The position numbers and the translations under genes were made by a program. Below, piece after piece: positions 10,240 to 19,950 of a DNA stretch of 64,000 nt. Under the pieces are notes generated by a model, which was given only the letters and a program-made list of their open reading frames with translations, was not told the origin of the DNA and did not search any database. The stretch spans positions 32,001 through 96,000 of the forward strand of contig CAVVOB010000022.1 in assembly GCA_963749655.1 (NCBI GenBank). The letters are read 5' to 3'. The stretch's first letter is position 1; each line of letters starts with the position of its first letter. The stretch is from Nitrospirota bacterium. GTDB taxonomy: Bacteria > Nitrospirota > UBA9217.

Positions 10240-11856
10240 ATGAAACGGACACTGGTGATGCTGCTGCTGATCGCGCCTTCATTACGGCGGGGGCCGATGC
10301 CTGGGCGGGCCGCAAGAACGACAACCGGCCCGACGGCGGGACCCTCAGCTACGGCGAGTACGGCCGGCCGGCGACGCTCGACCCGATCACGAGCAACGAG
10401 ATGATCTCGCTGCGGCTCACGGAGCTGATCTTCAACGGGCTCGTGGGCATCAACGAGAAGCAGGAGATCGTGCCCGAGCTGGCGGAGAAGTGGGAGACGC
10501 TCCCGGACCGGCGCACCTACACGTTCTTCCTCTGCGCAAGGACGTGACCTGGCACCCGAACGAAGGCGAGGAAGCCAAACCGTTCACGGCCGATGATGTG
10601 GTCTTCACCTACAACATCATGATGCACCCCAAGACCATCACGCCGCTCAAGGTGCGGTACGAGTTCATCGCCGCGTCGAGAAGATCGATGACTAGACGGT
10701 GAAATTCACGCTCAAGCGGCCGATCCTGAACGCGCTGGCCAAGTTCAGCTTCAAGATCATCCCGAAGCACGGCCCGGCCAACTCCGCTGTACCTCACGCG
10801 GGACGATCCCTTTGTCCAGAACCCCATCGGCACCGGCCCCTATATGCTGAAGAACGTTACCGCCGAGCGCGAGATCGTGCTGGTGGCGAACGAAAATTAT
10901 TTCAAGGGCAGGCCGCATATCGACAAGTTGGTGGCCAAACCCTTTGCGGACCAGAACATCATGACGCAGGCGCTCATGTTCAACGCCATCGACATGATCG
11001 TGCTGGTGAACCCGCGCGACATTCCCGAGATCCAGGGCGACAAGCGCTTCATCCTGCAGCCCTACAACGCGCTGTCGTACTCGTTCTTCGGCTACAACTC
11101 TGCGGAACCCGCTGCTTGCGGACAAGCGCGTGCGCAAGGCCTTCACCTATGCCGTGAACCGGCAGGAGATGCTCGACTCCTTCTTCAACGGACAGGGCAC
11201 CATCATCTCCGGGCCCTTTTGCGCCCGGGAGCTGGGCCTACAACCTCGATGTGCAGCCCCTTGCCTTTGATCCCGAAAAGGCGAAGGCGCTGCTGCAGGA
11301 GGCGGGCTTCACCCGCGGCGCGGACGGCATCATGCAGAAGGACGGCAAGAGGCTGTCGCTGACCCTCAAGGTGCCGATCGAGAAGGAGAGCGAGGCGGTG
11401 AAGCGCGTGGTGCTCGCGTTCAAGAACTATCTCAAGAACGTCGGCGTCGACGTCAAGGTGGAGTTCAAGGAGTGGCAGGCCTGGAAGGAAGACGTGTTCC
11501 TGGAGCACGATTTCGACATCGTTTTCGCCTCCTGGGTGTTCGACGATTCGGCGGACATCTCGTCGCTGTTCCATTCCGCCGAGATCGGAGCATGGAAAAA
11601 CAATTTCGGCGGCTATTCGAATCCCGAGGTGGACGGTCTGATCAACGAAAGCAAGCTCACGCTGGACCATGAGAAGCGGCGGACCATCAACCGCAAGCTG
11701 CACGCGATCCTGGCCGACGAGAACCCCTATACGTTCCTCTGGACGCTCACGAACTACGCGGGATACCACAAGAAGGTCCGGCACGTGGCGATCCATCCCT
11801 ACAAGTTCTTCTCCTATGCCGATGACTGGTTCATGGAAGGGAAAGACCAGAAGTAA
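10240..11856 (+). CDS. ABC transporter substrate-binding protein, family 5 (OppA/DppA-like); frameshifted with one in-frame TAG
   Basis: GAGGAGG RBS; TLDP, PELAEKW, FTADDVVFT, PIGTGPY, YSNPEVD motifs. Confidence 0.85.
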
Positions 11857-11861
11857 CCTTC

Positions 11862-11893
11862 AATGCGGATTGCGGAATGCGGAATGCGGAATG
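11862..11893 (+). repeat. (GCGGAAT)n heptamer array
   Basis: aatgcggattgcggaatgcggaatgcggaatg immediately after the SBP stop. Confidence 0.9.
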
Positions 11894-11914
11894 TAAAAAA
11901 AGGCTGAGTGGCTC

Positions 11915-12883
11915 ATGAAGCTCTCAGCCATCCGGCCCATAGCCCTGGTGCTGTCCAGGGAGCTGGCGATCACCGGGCTCCTGCTCCTCGGCGTGAGCTT
12001 CGTGGTCTTCACCATCCTCTACGTTTCGCCCGGCGATCCCTTCAGCGTGCTGCTGGAAGGACAGCTTGTCCACGGCAGATGCACGGAGCGGCGTGCGCGA
12101 AGCCCTGGGCGTTCCGACGTCCTGGTATGGCCAGTATCTCTCCTGGCTTGCCGGCATGCTGCAGGGGAATTTCGGCACCTCGATCCGCACCGGCTTGCCG
12201 GTCCTGGGCGAGGTCTTCCGCGTCGGACTCAACACGCTCATCCTTACCCTCGGATCGATGCTGGTCACGCTCCTGATCGCCGTGCCGATCGCCCTGTATT
12301 CCGCGGTGCGCGGCGTCAACGCAGTGATCCTGGCCGCTCACCATGTTCGCCTACGTGGTCTCGGCGCTTCCGGTCTTCTGGCTCGGCTATATCGTCATCT
12401 ATTTCTTCACGCATAAACTCGGGCTTTTCCCGCTTGCCTTCGGCTTCTCGGGCAGCGATCAGAAGTACGCGCTGGCTCTACGAGCTCCTGCCGATCTTGG
12501 TGCTCGGCGTGGGCAACGGCACCATCAGCGAAGTGATCCGCTACCTGCGCGAGGAAATGGGCAGGGTCATGGCCGAGGATTACATCCGCACGGCACGGGC
12601 CAAGGGAGCCTCGGTCTGGAAGCACTCGTTCAAGGAAGGGCTCCTTATTCCGGTGACCGAGATCATCGCTGCCAAGATCCCCTTCATCCTCGGCGGGGCC
12701 GTCATCGTCGAGCAGGTGTTCAACTGGCCGGGCATGGGCAGGATGGCCTGGCAGGCGGCGCAGGACCGCGACTATCCCGTGATCATGGGCATCGCGATCC
12801 TGGCCGCCGTGTTCGTGCGCATGGGAAGCCTGTTCCAGAGCATCGTGTACGTGGCGGTGAATCCGAGGGCGTCGAAGGAATAA
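11915..12883 (+). CDS. Peptide ABC transporter permease (OppB/DppB-like), frameshifted
   Basis: PGDP, GNFGTS, EDYIRTARAKG, GAVIVEQVFNWPGMG, RDYPVI motifs. Confidence 0.9.
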   Translation: MKLSAIRPIALVLSRELAITGLLLLGVSFVVFTILYVSPGDPFSVLLEGQLVHGRCTERRARSPGRSDVLVWPVSLLACRHAAGEFRHLDPHRLAGPGRGLPRRTQHAHPYPRIDAGHAPDRRADRPVFRGARRQRSDPGRSPCSPTWSRRFRSSGSAISSSISSRINSGFSRLPSASRAAIRSTRWLYELLPILVLGVGNGTISEVIRYLREEMGRVMAEDYIRTARAKGASVWKHSFKEGLLIPVTEIIAAKIPFILGGAVIVEQVFNWPGMGRMAWQAAQDRDYPVIMGIAILAAVFVRMGSLFQSIVYVAVNPRASKE

Positions 12884-12887
12884 CTTG

Positions 12888-12924
12888 ATTTCGGAATGCG
12901 GATTGCGGAATGCGGAATTAAAAA
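12888..12924 (+). repeat. GCGGAAT array containing the left 19 bp direct repeat (12906-12924)
   Basis: cggaatgcggaattaaaag is also present at 14039-14057. Confidence 0.85.
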
Positions 12925-13019
12925 GATGCAATGACAGAAGCCGGGGCTGGTTCCGGCCAGCAGTCGGCAATTCTTAAGGCTCGGTTGATCTGTGGGATTG
13001 GAACAGCTAAAGAAGACAC

Positions 13020-13978
13020 ATGGAAAAGGTCTGGGTAGTACAGGATCCTGATGAGGAGCGCACGCAGGTTCGGAAGACGAAGCTCCTCAAGAATGAAGAG
13101 CCCAAACCCGAAAAGAGTCCCGCTGTTGCCTACTCGCTTTCGATGGTCTGCTGGGGTGCAGGGCAGCTGTTCAATCGTCGGCAAACCAAGGGCGCGGCGT
13201 TCATGGTTCTGATGTTCCTCGCGGGGTCCGGAGCGTATCTTGTACACTTTTACCTGCAGGACCTGATTTCGTTTGCAGCCGGCCGTGGAATATCCGGGGC
13301 AAGCCTGTTCCTGTTCGCGGAAGCTACGTTCATGGGCATTCTGCTTTTTGGGGCCTATAATGCCGGCGATGCATATCACTGCACCAGAAGGGGACGGACA
13401 AATCCTTTCCCCGGGGTATCGAGCCGCGTGTATCCCGTTCTCTGTTCTCTGCTCGTCCCGGGATGGGGGCAGTTTATGAACGGCCAAGCAGTCAAGGGAA
13501 GCATCTTCACGGGATTTTCGGTCATCAGTTTCTTTTCGCTGGCAACGCTTCCCGCGGTCTTTCTGGCCTGGCCGGTCCTTGAGCCTTCCGGCGCCCGGTT
13601 CATCGTGGAAGCGCTTTTTACAGGGTCGGTTCTGTTTGCCCCCCTTATTCCGCTTATCTGGTTATTCGGCGCCTATGATGCGCTTCAGGTAAGCCTCGAC
13701 GACTACAGAAAGGAACCGCTCTGGGAACGGATCAAGGCGGCCAACAACCGCCGGCGTGTGCAGGGGTGGGTGCGCGGAGTTTTCCCGCAGATAAAAGCGA
13801 CCGTTGCGCTCGGCTTGTTCCTGCTGCTGTTCGCCATCATTGCGTATCGATATTTTCCGGCTGGCTATTACGACGACGTATTCCTTTCGGTCCAGTCGCT
13901 TCTGAAGAAACGGGAATGACCTTGGTGCCGGAGCTCATCGACAGGCTGCACGTCTTGATGACGACAGTGGGGAAGTGA
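13020..13978 (+). CDS. Hypothetical multi-pass membrane protein with an internal duplication; probable frameshift near 13915
   Basis: Two copies of an S-x-x-x-(W/P)-G-x-G-Q-x-x-N motif followed by TM helices. Confidence 0.7.
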
Positions 13979-14057
13979 TGCAATTGCGGAATTCCTGCGC
14001 ACTCCGTGCATCCGCACTCGTAAACGCTGGGGACAGGTCGGAATGCGGAATTAAAAG
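13979..14057 (+). repeat. GCGGAAT array interrupted by a CCTG...CAGG module; contains the right 19 bp direct repeat
   Basis: cgtgcatccgcactcgtaaacgc at 14005-14027 is identical to 23953-23975. Confidence 0.8.
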
Positions 14058-14107
14058 CAGTCCACCGCGAAGGTGCACAAAGGACGTACGCCGCTTCATT
14101 AAACGAT

Positions 14108-15001
14108 ATGAAGACTTATACGCAAATATCCGGTGAGATCGGCGAGTTTTCAGACCTGCCGTTCTGGAAAAAGGCCGATGCAATCGATCTTGCCTATGTT
14201 GCCTACGGCCTGCTGATAGCGACGCTCGTGGTGGTGTCCTACATCCTCGGGTCCTTCCACCTGTTGAGCCATGATCCCCAGGATATCGACCTCGAGCTCA
14301 TGCTGGCCCCTCCGGGGACGGCGGGGCACCTTCTCGGCACGGACTATATGGGAAGGGACATGCTCTCGCGCCTCATCATGGGCATCCAGGCATATTTTCT
14401 GCCGGGGCTCCTCGCCATCACCATTTCGCTTCTCGTGGGGACGGTGCTCGGTGTGCTGGCCGGATACCGGGGAGGCGCCTACGACAGGATTATCACCTAC
14501 TTTAATAATCTGGTGGACTCCTTTCCCCGCCTCGTCCTGATCCTGCTGGTGGTTGCGGCATTCAAGCCCGACATCTATTACATCATGCTCGTCGTGGGCG
14601 TCACGAACGTGCCTGTCGTGGCGTCGCTCATCAGGGGCAAGATCCTGTTCCTCAAGCAGAAGAACTTCATCGAGGCTGATATCGCGCTGGGAGTGCCCAC
14701 CGGTACGATCATCCTGAAGCACATCCTGTGGCACAATTGCCGCTCCCTTCTCATCATCCAGGCGACCCTCGGCATGGCGGAGGCGATCCTGATGGAAACC
14801 TCGCTCAGCTATCTCGGGTTCGGCGTGCAGGAGCCGGCGCCTTCGTGGGGCAACATGGTCCAGTCCGGGTCCAATTACTTCATGCGGGGCACCTTCTGGC
14901 CTTCCACGGCGCCTGCGCTTGCGATCCTCTTCACCATCCTCGGGTTTCACCTGCTCGGCGACGGACTGAACAACATTCTCGAAGGCAAGAGGAGCACATG
15001 A
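14108..15001 (+). CDS. Peptide ABC transporter permease (OppC/DppC-like)
   Basis: HLLGTDYMGRD, ETSLSYLGFG, PSWGNM, LLGDGL motifs. Confidence 0.92.
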   Translation: MKTYTQISGEIGEFSDLPFWKKADAIDLAYVAYGLLIATLVVVSYILGSFHLLSHDPQDIDLELMLAPPGTAGHLLGTDYMGRDMLSRLIMGIQAYFLPGLLAITISLLVGTVLGVLAGYRGGAYDRIITYFNNLVDSFPRLVLILLVVAAFKPDIYYIMLVVGVTNVPVVASLIRGKILFLKQKNFIEADIALGVPTGTIILKHILWHNCRSLLIIQATLGMAEAILMETSLSYLGFGVQEPAPSWGNMVQSGSNYFMRGTFWPSTAPALAILFTILGFHLLGDGLNNILEGKRST

Positions 15002-16098
15002 CCGCGGCGCCGCTTCTGAAGATCGAGAACCTCCGCACCTACTTCCATTCGCGCAGCAAGCGGGCCTTTATCCGCTCCGTGGACGGCGTGAGCCTCGATG
15101 TGGCCCGCGGCGAAACCCTCGGCATCGTGGGCGAGAGCGGAAGCGGCAAGAGCATCACGGCGCTGTCGACAGTCGGCCTCGTGAGCGCCGGACCGGGCGT
15201 CATCAGCGGAAGGATCGAGTTCACGCTGGGCGATGCCACCCGCGATCTGCTTCAGGGCCTGGAAGATTACGTCACGCTCACGAAGAACGACGGAAGGATC
15301 ATGACGGTGCGCAAGGATGTTGCCGGCTGGATGCGGAACACCGAGCGGATTATGGACGGCGTGCGCGGCAGGCAGATCGCCATGATCTTCCAAAACCCCA
15401 AGTCATCGCTCAATCCCTTCACCACCGTGGGCAAACAGATAACGGAAGCGGTCAGGCTCCACACGTCCGTCCGCAGCGAGGCAGAAGCGCGGGAACGTGC
15501 CATTGCCTGGCTCGACCGGGTCAAGATCGACTCACCGCGTCTCCGGTACAACAACCATCCCTACGGACTGTCGGGCGGCATGTGCCAGCGCGCCATGATC
15601 GCCATGGCGCTGGCCTGCGAGCCCGCGCTGCTCATTGCCGACGAACCCACGACAGGTCTTGACGCCACGATCCAGACGAAGATCGTCGATCTCCTTGCCG
15701 AGCTCAAGTCCGAGCTCGGCACCACGACCATGCTGATCAGCCATGATATCGGCATCATCTCGCGCCTCGCCGACCGTGTTGCCGTCATGTACGGCGGGAC
15801 GGTCGTGGAGTACGGCAGCGCCCCGGACATCCTGTCTCCCGGTGAGGGCACGAAGCATCCCTATACGGCCGCGCTCATGGCGTCGGTCCCGAGCAGGCGG
15901 AACGTGCGGGAGAAGGGCTATCTTCAGGCCATTGAGGGCGATGTGCTCGACACCATCAACATCCCGGCGGGGTGCAGGTTCTACGGCCGGTGCAGCCGCG
16001 TGACCGATGCCATCCGGGAAAAATGTGAACACTGCGAGCCGGACCTGAGGGAAATTGCGGCGGGTCATAAGGTACGGTGCTGGCTGTATTTTGATTAA
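14998..16098 (+). CDS. Peptide ABC transporter ATPase (OppD/DppD-like)
   Basis: GESGSGKS, LSGGMCQR, IADEPTT, C-terminal GCRF..RC..C..C; GGAG RBS; ATGA overlap with the permease. Confidence 0.93.
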   Translation: MTAAPLLKIENLRTYFHSRSKRAFIRSVDGVSLDVARGETLGIVGESGSGKSITALSTVGLVSAGPGVISGRIEFTLGDATRDLLQGLEDYVTLTKNDGRIMTVRKDVAGWMRNTERIMDGVRGRQIAMIFQNPKSSLNPFTTVGKQITEAVRLHTSVRSEAEARERAIAWLDRVKIDSPRLRYNNHPYGLSGGMCQRAMIAMALACEPALLIADEPTTGLDATIQTKIVDLLAELKSELGTTTMLISHDIGIISRLADRVAVMYGGTVVEYGSAPDILSPGEGTKHPYTAALMASVPSRRNVREKGYLQAIEGDVLDTINIPAGCRFYGRCSRVTDAIREKCEHCEPDLREIAAGHKVRCWLYFD

Positions 16099-16128
16099 TT
16101 TGAAAAGAAATGTTAACGTAAGGTTGTT

Positions 16129-17142
16129 ATGCCCAAGACGATCCTCGAAGTCATAGATCTCAAGAAGCATTTCGCCCCCCCCAGAGGGATTTTTTCTTCC
16201 TTCCGTACGGGACGGGCCGTGCCCGCGGTGGACGGAGTGAGCTTCTATCTCAAAGAGCATGAGACCGTCGGCCTCGTCGGCGAATCGGGATGCGGGAAGA
16301 CCACCATCGGCAGGACCATCCTGCGGCTCGAAAAACCCACGTCAGGAAGCATCATTTTCGACGGCAGGGACATTACAACGGTCCCGACAGCGGAGCTGCG
16401 CCAGCTCCGCGGCCAGATGCAGATGATCTTCCAGGACCTGGACGCGGCGCTCAATCCGAAGATGCGCATCCGGGACATCCTGAAGGAAGCCATTACGGTA
16501 CACCATCAGGTAAGCGGCGAAGAGGCGGACAAACGCATCGGCGACCTGCTTGAACAGGTGAACCTGAAAAAGAGCAAGCTTCAGAATTTTCCCCATGAGC
16601 TGTCAGGCGGCGAGAAACGCAGGGTCGGCGTGGCGCGCGTTCTGTCCGTCGGCGCCCGGTTCATCGTGGCCGACGAGCCCACGAGCGCGCTCGACGTGTC
16701 CATCCAGGCGCAGGTCGTGAACCTGCTGCGGGATCTCCAGGAGAAGCTCGGCCTTTCCTATCTGTTCATTTCCCATGATCTGCGGGTCGTGGAACTGGTC
16801 AGCCACAAAGTGGCGGTCATGTATCTGGGCAAGATCGTGGAAATGGGTCTTGCCGACAGGATCGCCCATGCCGCCCTTCACCCGTACACCCATATCCTCT
16901 GGTCGTCGCTCGTGGAGAAGCGGAGCATGGAGCTGGCCCGCACGGCGAAAAGCGTCCACGCGGGAAGTTGGGGCGTGTTCGACTTCGAACGTCCGCCCGT
17001 AGGATGCCGCTTCGCCCCGCGCTGTCCTGTATATGAATCCAAGAACAGGCCCGCAATCTGCACTGATCCCCAATCCGAACCACAGCTGACGGATGTCGGA
17101 AACGGCCACCGGGTGGCTTGCCATTTTCCGATCGGCTCCTGA
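16129..17142 (+). CDS. Peptide ABC transporter ATPase (OppF/DppF-like)
   Basis: GESGCGKT, LSGGEKRR, VADEPTSALD, GCRFAPRCP motifs. Confidence 0.93.
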   Translation: MPKTILEVIDLKKHFAPPRGIFSSFRTGRAVPAVDGVSFYLKEHETVGLVGESGCGKTTIGRTILRLEKPTSGSIIFDGRDITTVPTAELRQLRGQMQMIFQDLDAALNPKMRIRDILKEAITVHHQVSGEEADKRIGDLLEQVNLKKSKLQNFPHELSGGEKRRVGVARVLSVGARFIVADEPTSALDVSIQAQVVNLLRDLQEKLGLSYLFISHDLRVVELVSHKVAVMYLGKIVEMGLADRIAHAALHPYTHILWSSLVEKRSMELARTAKSVHAGSWGVFDFERPPVGCRFAPRCPVYESKNRPAICTDPQSEPQLTDVGNGHRVACHFPIGS

Positions 17143-17299
17143 TCCTCTTCCCGCAATTCCGCCTTTCCTGTGATGAGCCCGGATCATCGTTGCTCCAACC
17201 GAAGTACTCCGCTAGTTGCATACCTTCTTGACAATCAACATTGTTGTGCTAGGCTTAGGACAAGATGTGGAAGATTTAAAAAGAAAAGAGGCGATCACA

Positions 17300-17629
17300 A
17301 TGAAAAAAATTCTTTACATAGTTATGGCAATGGCCTTTGCCCTTCCTGTGGGACTGGCCTTGGCTGATGAAAATATGCCGAAGGGCCCCGAAAAAGGCCT
17401 GTACACACCGAACGGCATCACCTATATGGACAGAGAAGGAGCCGCCTGCTCCCATGCAAGCGATATGAGCGTGGAAGGTTCGGCTGCAGGCGGGCTAAGC
17501 TCGGGCGCAGTTGTCGAGGTGGGCAACGGAATCACTGCTTTTGAACTGGGCAAGGCCGTATGCGCCAGCGGACCGGCAGAACGAGAATCGGGCAAGAAAA
17601 TCGAGAACGGCATTACTTATTTTGACTGA
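17300..17629 (+). CDS. Small secreted hypothetical protein with three NGIT(Y/A)(M/F) repeats
   Basis: Signal peptide MKKILYIV...ALA; GAGG RBS; upstream TTGACA. Confidence 0.75.
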   Translation: MKKILYIVMAMAFALPVGLALADENMPKGPEKGLYTPNGITYMDREGAACSHASDMSVEGSAAGGLSSGAVVEVGNGITAFELGKAVCASGPAERESGKKIENGITYFD

Positions 17630-17747
17630 GGGCTGATCCGGGCGGGACCTTTTGCACATGCGGGCGACGCCATCGATACCAAGCAGGCTGAAATCAGCCT
17701 GCTTGTTTTTTGTTTTAAGGAGTGACGGCGGAGCAAAATGCGTGCTC

Positions 17748-18383
17748 CTATTGGAAGTACGCGCCTTGCTTGATGCCATGACAGGTATCGGCATCATATT
17801 GTTTTTCAGCTGTGCTCAGTTGCTGCATGCGTTGACTGCAGAGTGCCAATACCCGCCGGTCGATCTCGGCGCAGCTGGAGGCAGGGGGGAGTTCGGCCAC
17901 AGCGCGGCTCAGCTCCGTAACTGCCTGAACCGCCCTGTCGCGATGGCCGTTTTCGTGGGTGCTGAGGTTTTTCATGTAGGCATTCCATTTATCTGAGAGC
18001 TGGCGGGGCGCGCCGGCCGTCTGCACCCATTTGGGGTAGCGGAATACGATATCAATGGTTGCTCTGAAAGAATCAGCCGTACACGACCTCGGAGCCCGTC
18101 CATAATTATAATCCCACGTGACATACCACTTTGTCAGGGAATCATACTGCCGCCCGTCGCTTAACGTGGGGCCTTTCAGGCGCATCTCGCTCACAAGGTC
18201 CTTTTCGCAGTTGCCTCTTACTTCGTAATACTCGGTTTTTTCCGTTATCCGGGGCGGAAGGTGTCCGTTCCTGCCCGCCATGCCGTTCGCAGGGTCGATG
18301 TTTGCAATTTCCATCCCTCTTTCTGCGGCTGATGCGGACACGACAGCAGTAAGCACGATGGTGATGATAAATCCCCGTGTCAT
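17748..18383 (-). CDS. DUF922-type secreted Zn-dependent protease-like protein
   Basis: Signal peptide; EYYEVRG, YPKW, HENGH (HExxH), YDADTCHG motifs. Confidence 0.8.
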   Translation of the reverse strand: MTRGFIITIVLTAVVSASAAERGMEIANIDPANGMAGRNGHLPPRITEKTEYYEVRGNCEKDLVSEMRLKGPTLSDGRQYDSLTKWYVTWDYNYGRAPRSCTADSFRATIDIVFRYPKWVQTAGAPRQLSDKWNAYMKNLSTHENGHRDRAVQAVTELSRAVAELPPASSCAEIDRRVLALCSQRMQQLSTAEKQYDADTCHGIKQGAYFQ

Positions 18384-18739
18384 CGCGGTACTCTTCTGAG
18401 AAAGGTTGGCGCCGGAAGCCCCTGTAATGAAACCGCCTGCAAAAAATAGTGAAAACTTCGGCCTCCGTCGGAAGCTGCCGGATCAAGTTCCCCGGCTCCC
18501 TGTTGTATCGTCAGAGTTCTTCCCGGCCATATGAGATATAGTTTACTTCGAGTCTCGGCTGAATTCAAGGTAGGGAGAACAGTAATGAAGAAGGCACGCA
18601 GCACCCGTGAACGGCAGACAAAAAGCATCCTCTGTGCTATAGTTTATGAACGCTCCATATTTTTCTTCAATACCGTCCGTGGGCCAGGTGCGGCCAAGGC
18701 CGTATATAAACGGCCCCGCGGAACTTGTCTGAGGTGTAC

Positions 18740-19805
18740 GTGAAAGACGACAGGAGCACTGCGTCGGGCATCGGGGAATCAATCCTGCGGGAGCAGGTGC
18801 GCCTTGCCGTCGACCAGCTGCCGACGATGCAGATTGCCTCCTTTCTCGTGGCGGTTGTTCTGTCCTTTGTTGTTCGCGAGTTCGTTCCGGACGAGAACAT
18901 TGCCATATGGCTTTCCCTGGTTGCGCTTGTCGCTGTCAGCAGGATCATATTTTATTACCGGTTTGTCGGAGTGAGCAAGGGGCCTTTCGACGGCAGGTTA
19001 TGGAGAAAGGCATACCTCCTCCTGGCGCTGGCTTCGGGCGTCATCTGGGGTCTTTCGGCTTTTCTCATTTTTCCCGTTCAGAATATTGCTTTCATCTCTT
19101 TGTTCGTCCTCGTCATTGCCAGTTTGTCGGCAGCCACAACCATATCCCATTCGTCACTGCGGCTCGGTCCCGCAGCATGGGCTTTCCCGGCCATGCTGCT
19201 CTATGCCACGCGCTGTTTCATCGAACGCGGAGCGGCGGAATATACCATAGGGCTGCTTATCGTGCTGTATCTCATCGCGACCGTGATCCATTCATTCAAG
19301 CACAACAAGCTCATTACCTCCGCTATCTCCCTGAAGTTCGAGAACATTGAACGAGAGTCTGGACCGCGAGTGGCGTCGAGCGGCGCGAGAGGGCAAGTCG
19401 ATTTCCCTGGTCATGGTGGACATCGATCATTTCAAGGCATTCAATGATACCTACGGCCATCAGGCAGGAGACGAATGTCTCAAAAAGGTGGCTCTTGAAA
19501 TAGCCCGCTCCGCCAAACGTCCGGCCGATCTGGCTGCCAGGTACGGCGGCGAGGAGTTCATAATACTGCTCCCCGACACCGATATCCAAGGCGCGACCGA
19601 GATCGCGGAAAAGCTGCGCATTGCGATCGAAGTCCTCGGCACGCCCCATGCTCATTCCTCCGCCGCAAGTGTCGTGACCGTCAGCGTGGGAGCAACCGCT
19701 CTCGTCCCCGAGCAGGGAACGGAACCGACCCGGCTCGTCAGGCTGGTGGATAAGGGGTTATATGCCGCCAAACATGACGGACGCAACCGAGTGAGAGCGC
19801 TCTGA
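18740..19805 (+). pseudogene. Membrane-bound diguanylate cyclase (GGEEF) with apparent internal deletion and frameshift
   Basis: Multi-TM N-terminus; DIDHFKAFNDTYGHQAGD and RPADLAARYGGEEF present; DxLT/NRR region absent at the ~19347 junction. Confidence 0.7.
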
Positions 19806-19950
19806 GACCGGCCGATCGGGTCGAACCCTGGCCTTCAACCGAGGCAGTCCATCCGAAGCCGCACACAGACCGGTCTCTCGTTGTTCCGCTGACCTCTTAC
19901 TTCTCCCGGGTATGGACCGGAGTCCACTGCTTTCGGCATTCACGCGCTTA

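Noticed and set aside
7794-10695. Genome-wide TAG recoding
   Set aside because: Many genes here end properly in TAG (e.g. 227, 1043, 4344, 7026, 50496).
8350-14057. GCGGAAT arrays as CRISPR repeats or coding repeats
   Set aside because: They are short tandem heptamers without spacers; ORFs crossing them (RNAECG-type peptides) are shadow translations.
19347-19805. GGDEF as the cGAMP synthase for the A20 riboswitch
   Set aside because: It has the canonical GHQAGD Asp rather than the Hypr-GGDEF Ser, and appears broken.
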